From NCBI GenBank assembly GCA_039621445.1, contig CP154954.1, positions 11,774,716 to 11,838,715 of the forward strand: a stretch of DNA of 64,000 nt, written 5' to 3'. The notes under the pieces were generated by a model. The model was given only the letters and a program-made list of their open reading frames with translations, was not told the origin of the DNA and searched no databases. Source of the DNA: Euglena gracilis. Its lineage: Eukaryota. The first letter of the stretch is position 1. Each line of letters opens with the position of its first letter. This document shows positions 38,901 through 52,126 of the stretch, one piece after another. The position numbers were made by a program, and so were the translations under genes.

Positions 38901-40928
38901 AGAGTTTTTGTCGAACTATTTTCCTTCCAGCGCTTCGCGCTGGAGGGTAGTTTTATATTCGGGCGGGATTTCAAGACCTTCAGGGGGGGGGGTTATATTT
39001 GGGGGGATTTGTATTTGGGGGGGGGGGTGTTATATTTGGGGGGGGGGGGTATTTCATTCCATTAAAAGAGGCGAAATTCTGGAGATGTGTCTTTCATGCC
39101 ACAATCATTTCTACTCAGCTGCACATCACATCGTCCAACTCATGCGAAACCATCGGCGTGAAATCTGTGTGGAGCGCCTGGCAAATACCGCATAGGCATA
39201 CCAGCCAGTGTGGTCAACCTACCTGTTTCACAGAACAGGACATGAATCTGCCGCACCGCCCATATTGCGCAGGATAATTAGAAACCTCCGTAATTGATAA
39301 CAGAGGTACTGCAAAAAAATTGGCACCACCACTGGCGAATTGCCCACACACTGCCCCACGCCACCCCACACCCCCCCACACCCCTCCACACCCCTCCCTC
39401 ACCCCTCCCTCACCTCCCCACTCACCCCCACTGGCGAGCGGGTGCAATTTTCAATGTGTGACGAAGGACGGCTGCATGCAAATGTACCACTGTTTTTATA
39501 TCATTTTCACGGTTTATGTAAACAGACATGAAAACGATTGGCGGTAGGAGATGAAACATACAAGACAAAATTTCTGTCACAAGACATAACCTACCGAACA
39601 GGATGCACTACCTGAGACCGGAATTCCTTCGATATGCAATAGTTTGTAATAATTCACAATGGTTGGTGTGCAAAAAAAAAAGAAGCCAGTCAGTCACCCC
39701 CCCCCTGCCAGGGGTGTCAGTCACTGGATACAAGTACTATAATCCAAGGGAAACTGGCCAAATTTTTTTCCGGGTCATTTTAAAGGAAAGGGTTTTTTTT
39801 GCTGACCCCCCCCCTCAAGGATTTGGGCCAAAAACCAATTACTCATCCCTGGTGGACAGAGGGCTTGCCCGCCGTTTTTTTCCCTGTCTCTTTTGGTGGT
39901 TATGCACTGTGCACAATGAGGTGGAAACGTTGTCCCAAAGCTGTTGCATTGATGGGAAATTATCCATTGTCCAATCTGTTTTGAGTATCCCTCATTAAAT
40001 TATCCATTGCTCAGGAAATGTGGTTGGTGACAAAAATTTCTGATAACACAACGGTCTTCACTCCGCGGTCCATTCCCAGGCCGAGACGAAGATGCTGGGA
40101 TGTGGCGTCAGCATATGGCACGGGGTCCGTTGGTGCAGTCCCTGGGATCAATTTTTTTTTCAAATTGGTTTCCTAGCAAACCTAAAAATAATACATTGAA
40201 TACATTGAATACAAATTCGTTTTTTGAGAAAAAAATAAGCAAAACTGCAAAGAGCAGACGCTAAACAGCTTACAAAGGGATGGTGTGCATAACGACATAC
40301 CATTAACTGCATACACTTAAAGAACAAATGCCCTAACAACCATGCAACTGGCCATAAGAAATGAAAAACAGCTGGCCAAACCTCTCTTGGTTGTGGAGGT
40401 CGTGGGTGGGTGGGCCACAATAAAACAGCTTTGTCAAAAATATTTCTCATTATTTTGTCAAATGCACTAAGCCATTACTGAACCTGGCACTGATTCTCCG
40501 GCTGTTGCAGACCCAGGGGTTGCAAGCCAAAATAAGAAACTGCTGGTTGGAGGGGATGCCGGAAGACGCCAAATTTTAAATCCTTTGGAAAACAATGAGT
40601 GCAAGTGCAAGTGCAACTCCAAGGCTCCTCTGAAAAGGAATTGAAGAATTAATTGTTTTGGCATTAAATCAGGGACAGTCGAAAGAATACGGGTCATGAA
40701 CGAAGGAAAGGGTCGCGATTGGCAGAGGCATGGAATGGGCGCCGAGGGCATGGGGAGGAAGCGGAGACTGGCTATCAGCAGCAAGTTGCTTCACTTTTCA
40801 TCCTGCTGGGTGGAACGGCACCGAAATTGAAAACAACTAATGACCAACTATAACCGCTCAAACAAAACAAATGAATGACAGCGCCACCGGTAGTGAGGCA
40901 AGGGTTTTTGAACTCTTTGAATTGAAAA

Positions 40929-41100
40929 AGGGGTCAAAAGTGGCCCCCAAAATGGCACTTTCTTGTGGTTTTTGGTTTTTTAGCTCCAAATTTGGCTGGA
41001 AAATGCCAACCCAGTTGGGTTTTGGCTTTTCCAGCCAAATTTGGAGCTAAAGAACCAAAAACCACAAGGAAGTGCCATTTTGGGGCCACTGTTGACCTCT
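40929..41100. repeat. Foldback palindrome, copy B
   Basis: Duplicate of 23960-24130. Confidence 0.88.
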
Positions 41101-43916
41101 GATCAGTTGGGTTTTGGCTGTTGGACCTCCACTGAACTTCCCCACCCCAAGGGGGTCAAGTCAGCACCTTTTCCCAGTTGGACTGCGGACCCCCCCCCTC
41201 TGGGGGAAGGTCCTTAAATCCTGAGGTTGTGACAAACAACACCAGACGAAATATCTGCCCCAAAAGCTAAATTTGCCTCGCCAACATGGCAGCGAAATGG
41301 ACAGCGACAGGAGGCTCAAATCCTTCCCAACGATAACCACAGCCACCCCCCCCCTTCATGCGACCAATGGTTTGCACCAACGACCAGGGACATTGTACTC
41401 AGGACACGATTGCCACAGCAGCAAACCTGGTTGTCTTGTGATTCAAGGGGGCAGCCCTCGTCAGAGGGTTCTGCTGTGAAATGGGGGGGCTCCTCAAGAA
41501 GGGGGGCTATCTGTCGCGTGGCATTCAATTCGGCAATTGAACCCGTTTGGCACACACAATTGCACTGTCGTAACAAAGCCTGATTGAGAGCCTGAAAAAA
41601 AAAACAAAGCTGGAAAAAAACTTTGCAGTGTGCAAGAAAAAAGTGCAAGGTTTATCTGTACTGAAAACGGTCCTTGACTTGCTTCTCCGACAGTTGGTAT
41701 GTGTCATCACAAGCAATATTGTAAATAGTCAATTGCCAAATCACGTTTGTTATTTGAGAAAAAAATAATTTAACTGAAAATAATTTTAAAACCTCCACCC
41801 AGCGCTTTACAGGGCGGTCCTTAAGCAAAAAAAAAATCCTGTCCCCATACACTTCAACCAAAAAATAAGGATAAGGGGATTTTGGCTGGGGAAAATTTTT
41901 GAAAATTTTTTTTGAAAAATGAACCCAAAATACATGGTTTTTTGATGGAAATCACATTTTTTCCCAAAAAATCACCAAAATTTTAGGGCTGAAAATGTTA
42001 GTTTTTAGGAAGGCGGTCAAAAAAAAATGCAGGTCAAAAAAAATGGGACCAAATTTTGGAACATTCAAATTTTACTGACATTTTTTCCCTTTGAAATTTT
42101 TTTGGATTTTCAGTGGCATTTTTTTTTTGCTTACAAAAACTCTCAAATCAAAATTTTGAGAAATGTTGAAATTTTAGAAGGTTTGAAAAAAATGGGGTTT
42201 GTTTGGGGGGTTTTGGGCAGTATTTTCACCAATTTCGGGAAAACGGGGATTTGGGCTGAAGAATTTCTGAATTTTTTTGAAAAATGAACCCAAAATATCA
42301 GGGGGGGGGGGAATTGGGGCTGGATAAAATTAGAACCGACAAAATTGGAAGCCAAAAAATTAGGTGTCAAACCTGAAAACGGCCCGGAAAAAATTGGCAG
42401 AATTTTTTATGTGAAAACGTCCAGTTATGGCAAGATTTCTTCCATGGCAACCAAAAAATTGGGGGAAAATGGTAAAAAATTGGCAGGATTTTCAAAAAAG
42501 GGCCGGAAAAAATTGGCAGGATTTCTGTACGCCAATTTTTTCTCACTCAATTTTTTCGGCCTCCAGTTCCCCCCACGGTACATGATTTTTTGATGGAAAA
42601 CCTCATTTCTTCACAAAAAAAACATCTCAAAGGTTTCAGGGTTAAATTTAGTAGTTTTTAGGAGGGGGTGGAAAATAACGAAGGTCAAAAAAAAGTGGAC
42701 CAAATTTTGGCACAGTCGAAATTTTACTGACATTTTTTCTCTTGGAAATTTTTTGGGTTTTCAATGGCTTTTTTGCTTCAAAAAAAATCTCAAAACTAAA
42801 TTTTTGAGAAAATGTTGAATTTTTGGAAGGTGTGAAAAAATGGGGTTTTGAGGGGTTTTTGGGGGGACCTCCCATATGGGTCCCAAAATGGGTCAAAAAA
42901 AACACCGCGTGCCGAGGTGCCGGAAAATTTTTCGGGTCCAATTTTTCGGGTTTCTGTGTATTGGGGGGGGGGGTCCTTAAGGGGCGGTCCTTAGCTAAAA
43001 ATAAAAAAAATCCCGTCCTTTATGGACCGCCCTGGCGCTTTACGGTATACTCTCGGAAGCGCAAGCAAAAAAACGGTTACTTTCCAATTCCTTTCTATTT
43101 CTCAAATTCAGCACCCCTTCCACCTCTCCAGCTGGACAACGATTCCAATATTGGCAGTTGTGTGGTTTTCATAATAAGACGGAGCCGGTGGCAATCGATG
43201 GAGCCGCATGACCACCGCGGAGGCACGGGTGGCGTGGGCACCGCCGGGGTGAGCGGAGGGCTCCTGCCGAATGGACCGTGGGTCCCAACACTGCTGTCCG
43301 AGCTGGTGGGGCTGGAGGGAGTGGGATGTGCCAGGCGAGGCCAGGGTCGTACTGGAATGGCAGCCTGCCTCTGGCATTCTGACATGCACACGGAACAATT
43401 TTTATCACTGTTCCGCGTTCTTATTGTTCCGATAGCAAGCGCTCAACCTATCTCAGATCTTGCGAATTTAGGCCGGAAGAATGCCAATGGGGGGAACCCT
43501 AAACCTAACCAATCCCCTGCCCTAACTAAACAAAACTGCCCTAACTCCTAACTAATCCTGACCAATCCCCTACCCCATGTGGGAATAAACATTTGGTGCA
43601 GTTCATACGCAGCTTTCATAACTGTCCAGAATCATACACAGAAAACTCAAACTTGAGAATTGCAACGCTAACTTTATCCTTCAATGAATCTAAGACTTAG
43701 TTGGGGGCACAAAATTCACCCCACCTTGTAGTTATGAATTAACTCTACCAATCATCAACGTCATGCAGTGGAACAACAAATTTGAGGAAATATCAAGGAA
43801 AAAAGTATTGAAATAACAAGGAGAAAAAGCCTGAAATTAAACGAAAATGTGCATATCAATATTTTTTGAAAACAATTATCAAACGATGAACCTCCTAAAT
43901 TATATTGCCCCCCGAA

Positions 43917-44249
43917 CACACCATTGCTTAGCGACCCCCGCTGGGGGGAGGGGGGGGGGTGTCACTTTCCTCTCTGAGAAAACCAGTCGCTTTTTCTCAA
44001 AAACCAGTCAGTAACTTTACCCCCCTGGGGGAGATCGGCCACCCTTGAACGCACTCATGTTGGCAAGGCAATATTGCCAAAAAATCTCAAAATTGCAAAA
44101 AAAAAAGTCCGGTGCCTTTGGAGCCGGCCAGCCACTTTTTCATTTTCGGCCTACCCCCCACCCTGGGGGGCTCTTGGCCAGAAAACCATTCAGTCACTCT
44201 GAAACAACCAGTCAGTCACCCGGGGGGGGGGGGGTTAAGCAATGGTATG
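43917..44249. mobile_element. 333-bp hAT-type MITE, older
   Basis: TIR CACACCATTGCTTAGC / GTTAAGCAATGGTATG. 8-bp flanks CCCCCGAA and CCCGTGAA (6/8 match). Confidence 0.6.
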
Positions 44250-44797
44250 CCCGTGAATTAGGATGCCCAACTTATTTATGAATGTCCATGCACACACACA
44301 AATTATTATTCACACACACCCTATCCATTAGAGAAGAACCCTGCAGCGGGAAATGTCAGCCAGGGAATGAAGGCCGGGACGAACGGACATGAACGGAGAC
44401 GTCGGTGGGGATGTCCTTTCGTCCTTGAAGAGCCATTGCCAGTTTGAAACAGTACAGTGGCGGTGTTTTGACTTGGGGATGACTCATGGAATGGTTTGTA
44501 CTTTGGAATGCATTTTTGCTGGCGAAATGCGGCAAGAAAAGGCAGAAAAAAGCACCAACGCCACACATTATCATTGACCACCCAAAACAAGTGGGAAGAA
44601 TTATTTCGTTCACACAAGGGCAGTGGATCAAAAAAATAGCAGAGTTAATCACACACACTGGCTCAATCAAACTGTGTCAAACAAAGGAGGAGGGAGTTGG
44701 TATCTTTGAAACGAGGAGCCCTGTATGGCATAAAGGATACAAAACATCAGGGGAAAGTTAGATTCCTGATGGATTGGACCTGGAATTATCAGAGCCT

Positions 44798-44799
<2 letters not shown>

Positions 44800-44845
<46 letters not shown>
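44800..44845 (+). repeat. (GA)n microsatellite
   Basis: Perfect GA run. Others at 45491-45584, 46805-46856 and 49433-49454. Confidence 0.98.
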
Positions 44846-45588
<743 letters not shown>

Positions 45589-45635
45589 TTAAGTTGTTGA
45601 ACATACACCCATAATGAAAATAAAGTGGAATACAG

Positions 45636-46799
45636 GCCGTTCCTCGGGTGACGGCAGCACCCGAGGGCCATGCAACACGCGGAGCCGCTCTCCAGGTGGG
45701 TGCCCACGGGGCTTTATCTCGCCTGCCTGGATGGAGCCGTGGGTGGCCCTGAGGGTCCGCATACCCTTGGGGTCCATGACTCGCCCACCCGCGGAACATG
45801 AGTGCCCCGTCACCAGGCGGTCTGCCCCCACCAGCCGGGCGTCGGGGGCATCGACAAGGAAGGCCCGGCTGGATCCGAAACCGCCTGGCTCTTTTACCGC
45901 TGTGTGCGGAAAGAGAGAGACACGCGGGAAACCGCGGCCACCCCACAACGGGTGGAACAAAAGTCCCGGCCTTCCTTCCGGGCAACTAGCGCTTGCGAGC
46001 CCTTCGAGGCCAGGCGCATGGGACTGAAGCGCTTCCCCACACAGCCCAAGACGGCTAGGGGCTCGGAGTCCGGGGTGAGCCGACGCCGCCACCGCCCACG
46101 GCGAAAAGAATATGGGCTCCCGCCAGCTGACGCGGTTTACAAACATCAGCTAGGCCACCCCACGCAGCAACCGAGGTGGTGCTTCTCGGCCTGCAAGGAC
46201 TCGAGCGCAAAGTCCCGCCCGCACAGCCTCCAGTGCAAGTCGGCACAGAGGAAAGAGCCACGTGTGGGTGAAGCCCGTTACCCTCCTGGTGAGTCGCGGG
46301 TCGGGCTCCCCATACCTTGCTTGGGGTCGAAGCAAGTGGCTCTATGCGGGCTGTAGCTCCGGGAAGGCTGGCCCATCTCTGGGTGAAGGAGGCGGGCTGA
46401 CGGGGTGCCAGGACCCCAATCGGCGCCGGCCGTGGACCAGAGTATCCCAGAGTGGTGACCACCTTCACGCCAAGGAGTGGGGCGAGTGGCCCCCGGGGTC
46501 CCCGCTCCTGGCAACCGGAGTTCCTGGGCCGTTCCTCGGGTGACGGCAGCACCCGAGGGCCATGCAACACGCGGAGCCGCTCTCCAGGTGGGTGCCCACG
46601 GGGCTTTATCTCGCCTGCCTGGATGGAGCCGTGGGTGGCCCTGAGGGTCCGCATACCCTTGGGGTCCATGACTCGCCCACCCGCGGAACATGAGTGCCCC
46701 GTCACCAGGCGGTCTGCCCCCACCAGCCGGGCGTCGGGGGCATCGACAAGGAAGGCCCGGCTGGATCCGAAACCGCCTGGCTCTTTTACCGCTGTGTGC

Positions 46800-46856
<57 letters not shown>
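45636..46856 (+). mobile_element. (GA)n-tailed non-coding retroelement: 285-bp partial copy plus 892-bp full monomer, flanked by a 51-bp duplication
   Basis: 45636-45920 matches 46528-46812 (period 892 bp). A 3' stem-loop CTCTTTTACCGC-TGTGT-GCGGAAAGAG precedes (GA)n. An identical 51-bp GGAGTTAAG...GGAATACAG lies at 45585-45635 and 46857-46907. Confidence 0.75.
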
Positions 46857-46860
<4 letters not shown>

Positions 46861-47915
46861 TTAAGTTGTTGAACATACACCCATAATGAAAATAAAGTGG
46901 AATACAGAATAATGAAAAAAATAATTGTAAAATTGATACAAAACTCAACAAGCGTGTTTTGGCTTGGAGGCTTGGAGTTCGAATGGCAGTAAATGCACCT
47001 TAGCTATCTGCAAAAGCCCTGCCGACTCGGACGGCCAACTGGCGGTGATGGGATTGCAAAAGCTTCAGCAGCCCCAGGCCACTGTGCAAATGTGGCTCCT
47101 CACATGGCTCCAATAGCTCCTTGGTTCATTCCGAATTTGATGTTCTAGACAAAACAATTTACCGGAGGTTGAGAAAGGTATGTCAACATAAAATAATCAT
47201 GATTCAGAAAAAAAAATACAATGACACTTGTGTTGTTCTCATACATTTTTTTGGCCTTCTGGGCTCTGTTGTCACACAACGGGCCAGACTTTTTACTCTT
47301 TTGTCACAATATTTTGAATATTCGTTAAATTCAATTACTTTGACTTTTTTAATGTCTTCAGCCACATCGTAAACCTGTGTCCACATTCCAGAGAATTTCT
47401 TAAACTGGACCCCCCCCCCCCCGCCTGGGTCCAGCGAGCCAGGCGCCAGCCCGGGGGGGGGGGGGCGGCCGGACGGACCCACCCTACCCCCCCCAGGGTC
47501 CACGACTAAAAAAAAGCCCTGGCACCACCGCGTGCACCGCATGGTGCCACAGGTGCACTATGTGCCACACCCCATGCCACTATCATCTTCAACCACCGCA
47601 ACTGGCAAAAAAAATGGCTAAAAAGGGTTCAAAATTGAAATATTGTTAAAAATGAAAAACAGCCGCCTCAAAGTGACCAACAGTGGCATGGAAAAAAAAA
47701 TGGTTCAAATGGGAAACGACACCAAATAAAGCAAAAAAAAACAAAAATTGGCAACAAGTAGCGGAAAATGAAACAAGGAGGTTACAGGCGGCGAAAGGTG
47801 GCCAAAATGAAGGGGAAAAAATCCAAGGAACGTTGGAAAAACTTCCCACGTGGTGCACACGCTGCGCCACGCGGTGCACGTGGTGTGGCAGCATCCCCCC
47901 TGGTCGTAACCTCAC

Positions 47916-47987
47916 CTTTGGGGATCTAAAGAATCGGCCGTGGCCCGGCAACGGTCTGCCCTGGTCGGGCCGACTCGGCCAATGGCG
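47916..47987 (-). other. Possible orphan 72-nt exon
   Basis: On the minus strand, a GC-rich 72-nt block sits between TGTTTGCAG| and AAG|GTGAGG. No protein family recognised. Confidence 0.25.
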
Positions 47988-50900
47988 CTGCAAACAGCTT
48001 AACCCCAACGACCACAACAACTGAACTTCAGAAATGAAATTTCCAGGGGAAAAAAAAAGGACAACAAACTGGAAAAAAATTGCTGATTGTTGGCCTGAGT
48101 TTTCTGGAAATAAGTCTCTGGTAAAAGCATTTGACGATGGCGTGTGGCAAAAAACACGGTTGCGGAGCCTGCATACTATTTTGTCCTATATTTCCCATAT
48201 TTCCCATATTTCCTATATTTCCTATGTTTCCCACAGTTGTGTGCAATCCATTGCAACCATAAAAAGCATGCCTCGTCCAGGGAAGGTCGATACCACCCCA
48301 ACCATCGGCTAAGCACGGCAATCGCCTGCACGCCGTCCGAGCCGCTCTGGAGCCCGTCCACTCAACCCGCAAATCGGCGCCGCAGGGCAGCGACAGAGAG
48401 GACAGCATTTTGTGGAGAGTGCGGCTTGCCTGGGAAAAGGTAGGGGTGGGGGCGGATGGAACGCTGCACATGCCGTCCAAGTCTGGGATGCGAGAGTTGT
48501 CCCCCGTTGCGTTTGCTCGGCTACAGCAGACCAAGGGGCAAGCTTCAGGACAACGAGGTAGACTCAATGGTCTGAGGGGGGCCAATGAGCCACCCAGGTG
48601 AAAATGCCCCCAAAAAAACGCTTTGTTATAGGCCAGCAGCCAGGTGGAGGGGGTAATCAAAAAAAAAACTAATGACGAAACAACTGAACCAGGGCGTTGC
48701 TTAAAGACCCCCAGGGGTGGGCGGCGGTACAGCTCAGATGCTGGAAGATTTGGGCTGGCTGGCTGACCTCACGCCCATAGGGGTCCTGGGCTGGAGCTGG
48801 GCCAAACCTGGACTGGAGCTGAACCGGGAACTAAAAAAAACAACACGAAATCACAAAAAAAGTGTCCAAAAAACTGCCAATTATGCAAAAAAAAATCGAA
48901 TTTTTGACCCCAAAAATGTCCTGGACAACTTTTTCCGACCCATTTTTGCCCACTTTTGGTCCAAAGCGAAAAATCCATTACCGTCCACCCGCCCTTTGGG
49001 CGACTGGGAATAAATAAATCTCGTTGACGGGGGAGGGGGTCCGGGGCTGGGAAAAGGCTGCTGGCTGGCTGGGGGGGCTTAGGCGGCCTAACTCGCACTT
49101 AGCTTTGAAAGTGACTGTAAATTTGCGCCAACGCGCAAATCCAAAAAAAATTCTGTTTTCGAACACCGAGGCCTGAGACTCAAAACAGTCTGAAAATAGT
49201 GTCTCCCTGCACCCCAAAGCCTGGGGACGAAAGCAACGACGTGGAACTCCACGGTCTACGGGCACAGCTCTCCCGGGTCCCAGTGTGCATGAACACAAAG
49301 CAGCGGGTGATGAAACGAGGGGACTCCATTGCGCATTTGCACAGTGGCACAAGGATTTGTTTCATTACAAAAAATAAAATGCTTTGCGCTTTGGCGCAAA
49401 TTTTTTACTTTTTTGTAATTCAACATGTGGGTGAGAGAGAGAGAGAGAGAGAGAGGAGTTACGTTGTTGAACATACACCCAGAATGAAAACAAAGTGGAA
49501 TACAGAATAATTATAAAAATAGTTGTAAAATTGGTACAAAACCCAACAAGGGTGTTTGGCTTGGAGGCTTGGAATTCGAATGGTAATAAATGCACCTTAG
49601 CTGTCTGCAAAAGTCCTCGCGCGTGTGCGCAGTGTATAACTGTTGCGCTTGAGCACAATATCCATAACCATTGCCTTCCATGCCTGGCAGTGTGGGGCCT
49701 GACGTTGCTCACCAGACGTTGGGACAAGACCCTGGACTTGCCCTCAATCCCCCCAACCCCTCCACGTGGGTGGATCCCGCTGTACCGGCAGGGATGACAG
49801 CTCCCTGACACGCCATGTTTCAAACTTTTCACAAAGTGTGTGTAGAGTCCACCCCCTGGACACCTCAGCAGGCAACCCTTCACGGACATATCGCAGAGCA
49901 TTAAAAAAAAAAAGCAACAAAAGGGCCAAAATTCACTGTGTCGGGGAACACAGTCAAGGCATCAAAAACGAAGGAGACACGGCGGGGTTTTTGGCCCTGT
50001 TTTGGGAAAACTCACGTTTCCTGGAGTTCAAACCCAGGGTTTCGAACTGTTTTTAATTTGGTGCACAGGCCAAAAAAAACCACCAAAATTCGACCTGTTC
50101 CTGGGTACCAACATCGGCAAATGATGCACGTGCCCGGGTCCCCGCGGAACCAGAGGGTCAAAAGGGTGGGTTACACCGCCGGGTTTTTTTAAAAAAATTG
50201 CAACGTTGCGCTTACACACCAAAATCAAAACCTTAGGCCGCCTAGGTTTACCCCCTCCCCGCCCCACCTGTGCCAAACGCCTGCGGGCGTTTCCCCTCCG
50301 ACCCTTTCCATTCTCCCCCCCATGCTTCAAAGCCCGGCACCTCTCCCTCCAAGCCCCACAGCAAAAAAAGGGGTCACCCAGGGATGGATGGGAAGCCTTG
50401 AGGGGGGGGGGGGTCGGACCCCCACTCCTACCTCGAAACTGAGTGAGGGGGGGCCGAAAATTTTTCGATTTCATAGACGGGCAAAGGGCCGGAAATCGGG
50501 TCGAAATCGGTCAAAAATCCTGATTTTTCTTTGAAAATTGATCCAAAAATGCTCATTTTTGAAATTTTTTGAACTTTTTTTGGAGGAAAACACCAACACG
50601 TCAAAAAATGGGCAATATGTCCAAAAGTCAGCAAAAGGTGTGTGTTTGCTCATTTTCTGGCGCGCAGCGCCGGAAGAAATTTTTTTCCTGTTTTTGGCAC
50701 CTGTCAAGGAGGGGGTCCGGACCCCCCCCCCTACCACCTACCTCAACACCGAAGGGCTTCCCATCCACCCCACCTCAGGTCGCGCGCAACTGCACCTGAA
50801 TGCTGGCGTCCCTTCCGAGGAACCTTTGGCGCGCCTTGGGGGACATCCCCCGTCTTTGGCTTTGGAAGACAGAGGAGGGCGAGGGAACGCTGTTTGGCGA

Positions 50901-51268
50901 GGTTTGGGCAGTCGCTGGGGGGGCAGCATGGGTTTATTTTTCGAGTCGCGGGCCGGTGTCGCAAACCCGAGAGGGACAAGCCGCCGACGGGGTAAAAAAA
51001 AAGTGTCCGTCAGCAGCAGTGTGCTGGGGTACAAACCGTGAGAGACCGCTGCCGACGGGACGACTAAAAGCAAGTGGTCGGCCGGGGTTTCAAACCCGAG
51101 AAATGGAGTCAGACAGACACGTTCAAAGTTCGCGTTCAGTCAAAATCGGCCAAGACCCTTAAGTGCCACTTTGGCCGTCTAAGTGAAATAGATATGCATA
51201 TACATATATATAGACACATGCAAATGTAGATATGTTTATGCGGCAGCCATTGGCTCATTGGCTATACG

Positions 51269-52126
51269 CAGGATCCTCACATGTCCGTGCTGGCCGAGGC
51301 CAAAATGTATCCGTGATTTTCCGTGATTTTCCTGTTCAAAAGCCACATTCCATTCTGCATCGAAGCCATGTTTGGGCAGTTGTGGCAGCAGATTGTTTCT
51401 CCAAATTACAGTCCTGGAGATCCTCCAGGGCCTCGACAACAGCTGAAGCCAATTCATACCCAAGTTTGGCCCTTTGCAACCCAACTGAACCATGCTTCAA
51501 CCTAGATCTTCCCTTGCATACCCAACAAAATGTTTATGGTCGCATGCCCAGAACTGTCAATACATTCATCAGTTCCTATCCACACTGGATATGAAAATAA
51601 AAAAATGTACAGGAGGGGGGGGAAACCTTTTGTCCTTGAATTTTTTTCTTGATTGCCCCAAAATGGGTTGCAAAACCCTGTCAGCGGACCGATGTCACGA
51701 TTGACCCTTCTGGATGCAGCCTGGGCAGAAAGGGAAGGTCATTTTCTGAATAAGCAAAAACCCACACGCCCTCGATTTGTGTGTATTTCTGGAGAACATC
51801 GCTGATGCTTTCGTGGTCCAATTTTGTGACCGGGAGACCAGAATGGAGGAAAGCGGCCACAAAAGAATCTGTGATTGTCTGAATGAGGCTTTGCTCTCGT
51901 GATTGTCTGTTTGGAAAAGCAGAGAATGTGCAAAACATCCCATCAAAAATGCATCTGCACGAAGAAAGCACATTCCAAAAAGACCCAAAAAAATTTCCGA
52001 ACCCTCCGCCTCATCCGTAAATTTCCGTGAATTTCCGTGATTTCCGTGAAAATGGCCTGCCGCCCATTTCCGTGAACCTCCGTGAATTTCCGTGAATTTC
52101 CTTTTCAGGACGTGTGAGGATCCCTG
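51269..52126 (-). mobile_element. Internally deleted hAT transposon retaining transposase fragments
   Basis: TIR CAGG(G)ATCCTCACAYGTCC at both ends. Direct repeat GCTATACGC at 51261-69 and 52126-34, consistent with an 8-bp TSD. Subterminal TTTCCGTGA repeats. Confidence 0.85.
51340..51900 (-). pseudogene. hAT transposase remnant (CGGBP1/DUF659-like region and first catalytic Asp)
   Basis: FVAAFLHSGLPVTKLDHESISDVLQKYTQIEG (~51770-51865), then PVWIGTDECIDSSGHATINILLG (DE at 51565-51570), followed by an in-frame stop. Confidence 0.7.

Larger units (their letters stand above)
26812..43600 (+). repeat. Tandem segmental duplication, copy B (~16.8 kb)
   Basis: Colinear with copy A. Both end in GTGGGAATAAACATTTGGTGCA (26813 and 43600). 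The junction has only a 2-nt CA microhomology. Confidence 0.95.

Noticed and set aside
43497-43580. Chromosome end or telomere
   Set aside because: Only degenerate CCCTAA-like units with ordinary sequence on both sides.
45636-46856. Protein-coding ORFs (up to 298 aa) or a canonical hammerhead in the GA-tailed element
   Set aside because: The ORFs are overlapping GC-rich frames running into ER/LS microsatellite translations. No CTGANGA...GAAA core was seen on either strand.
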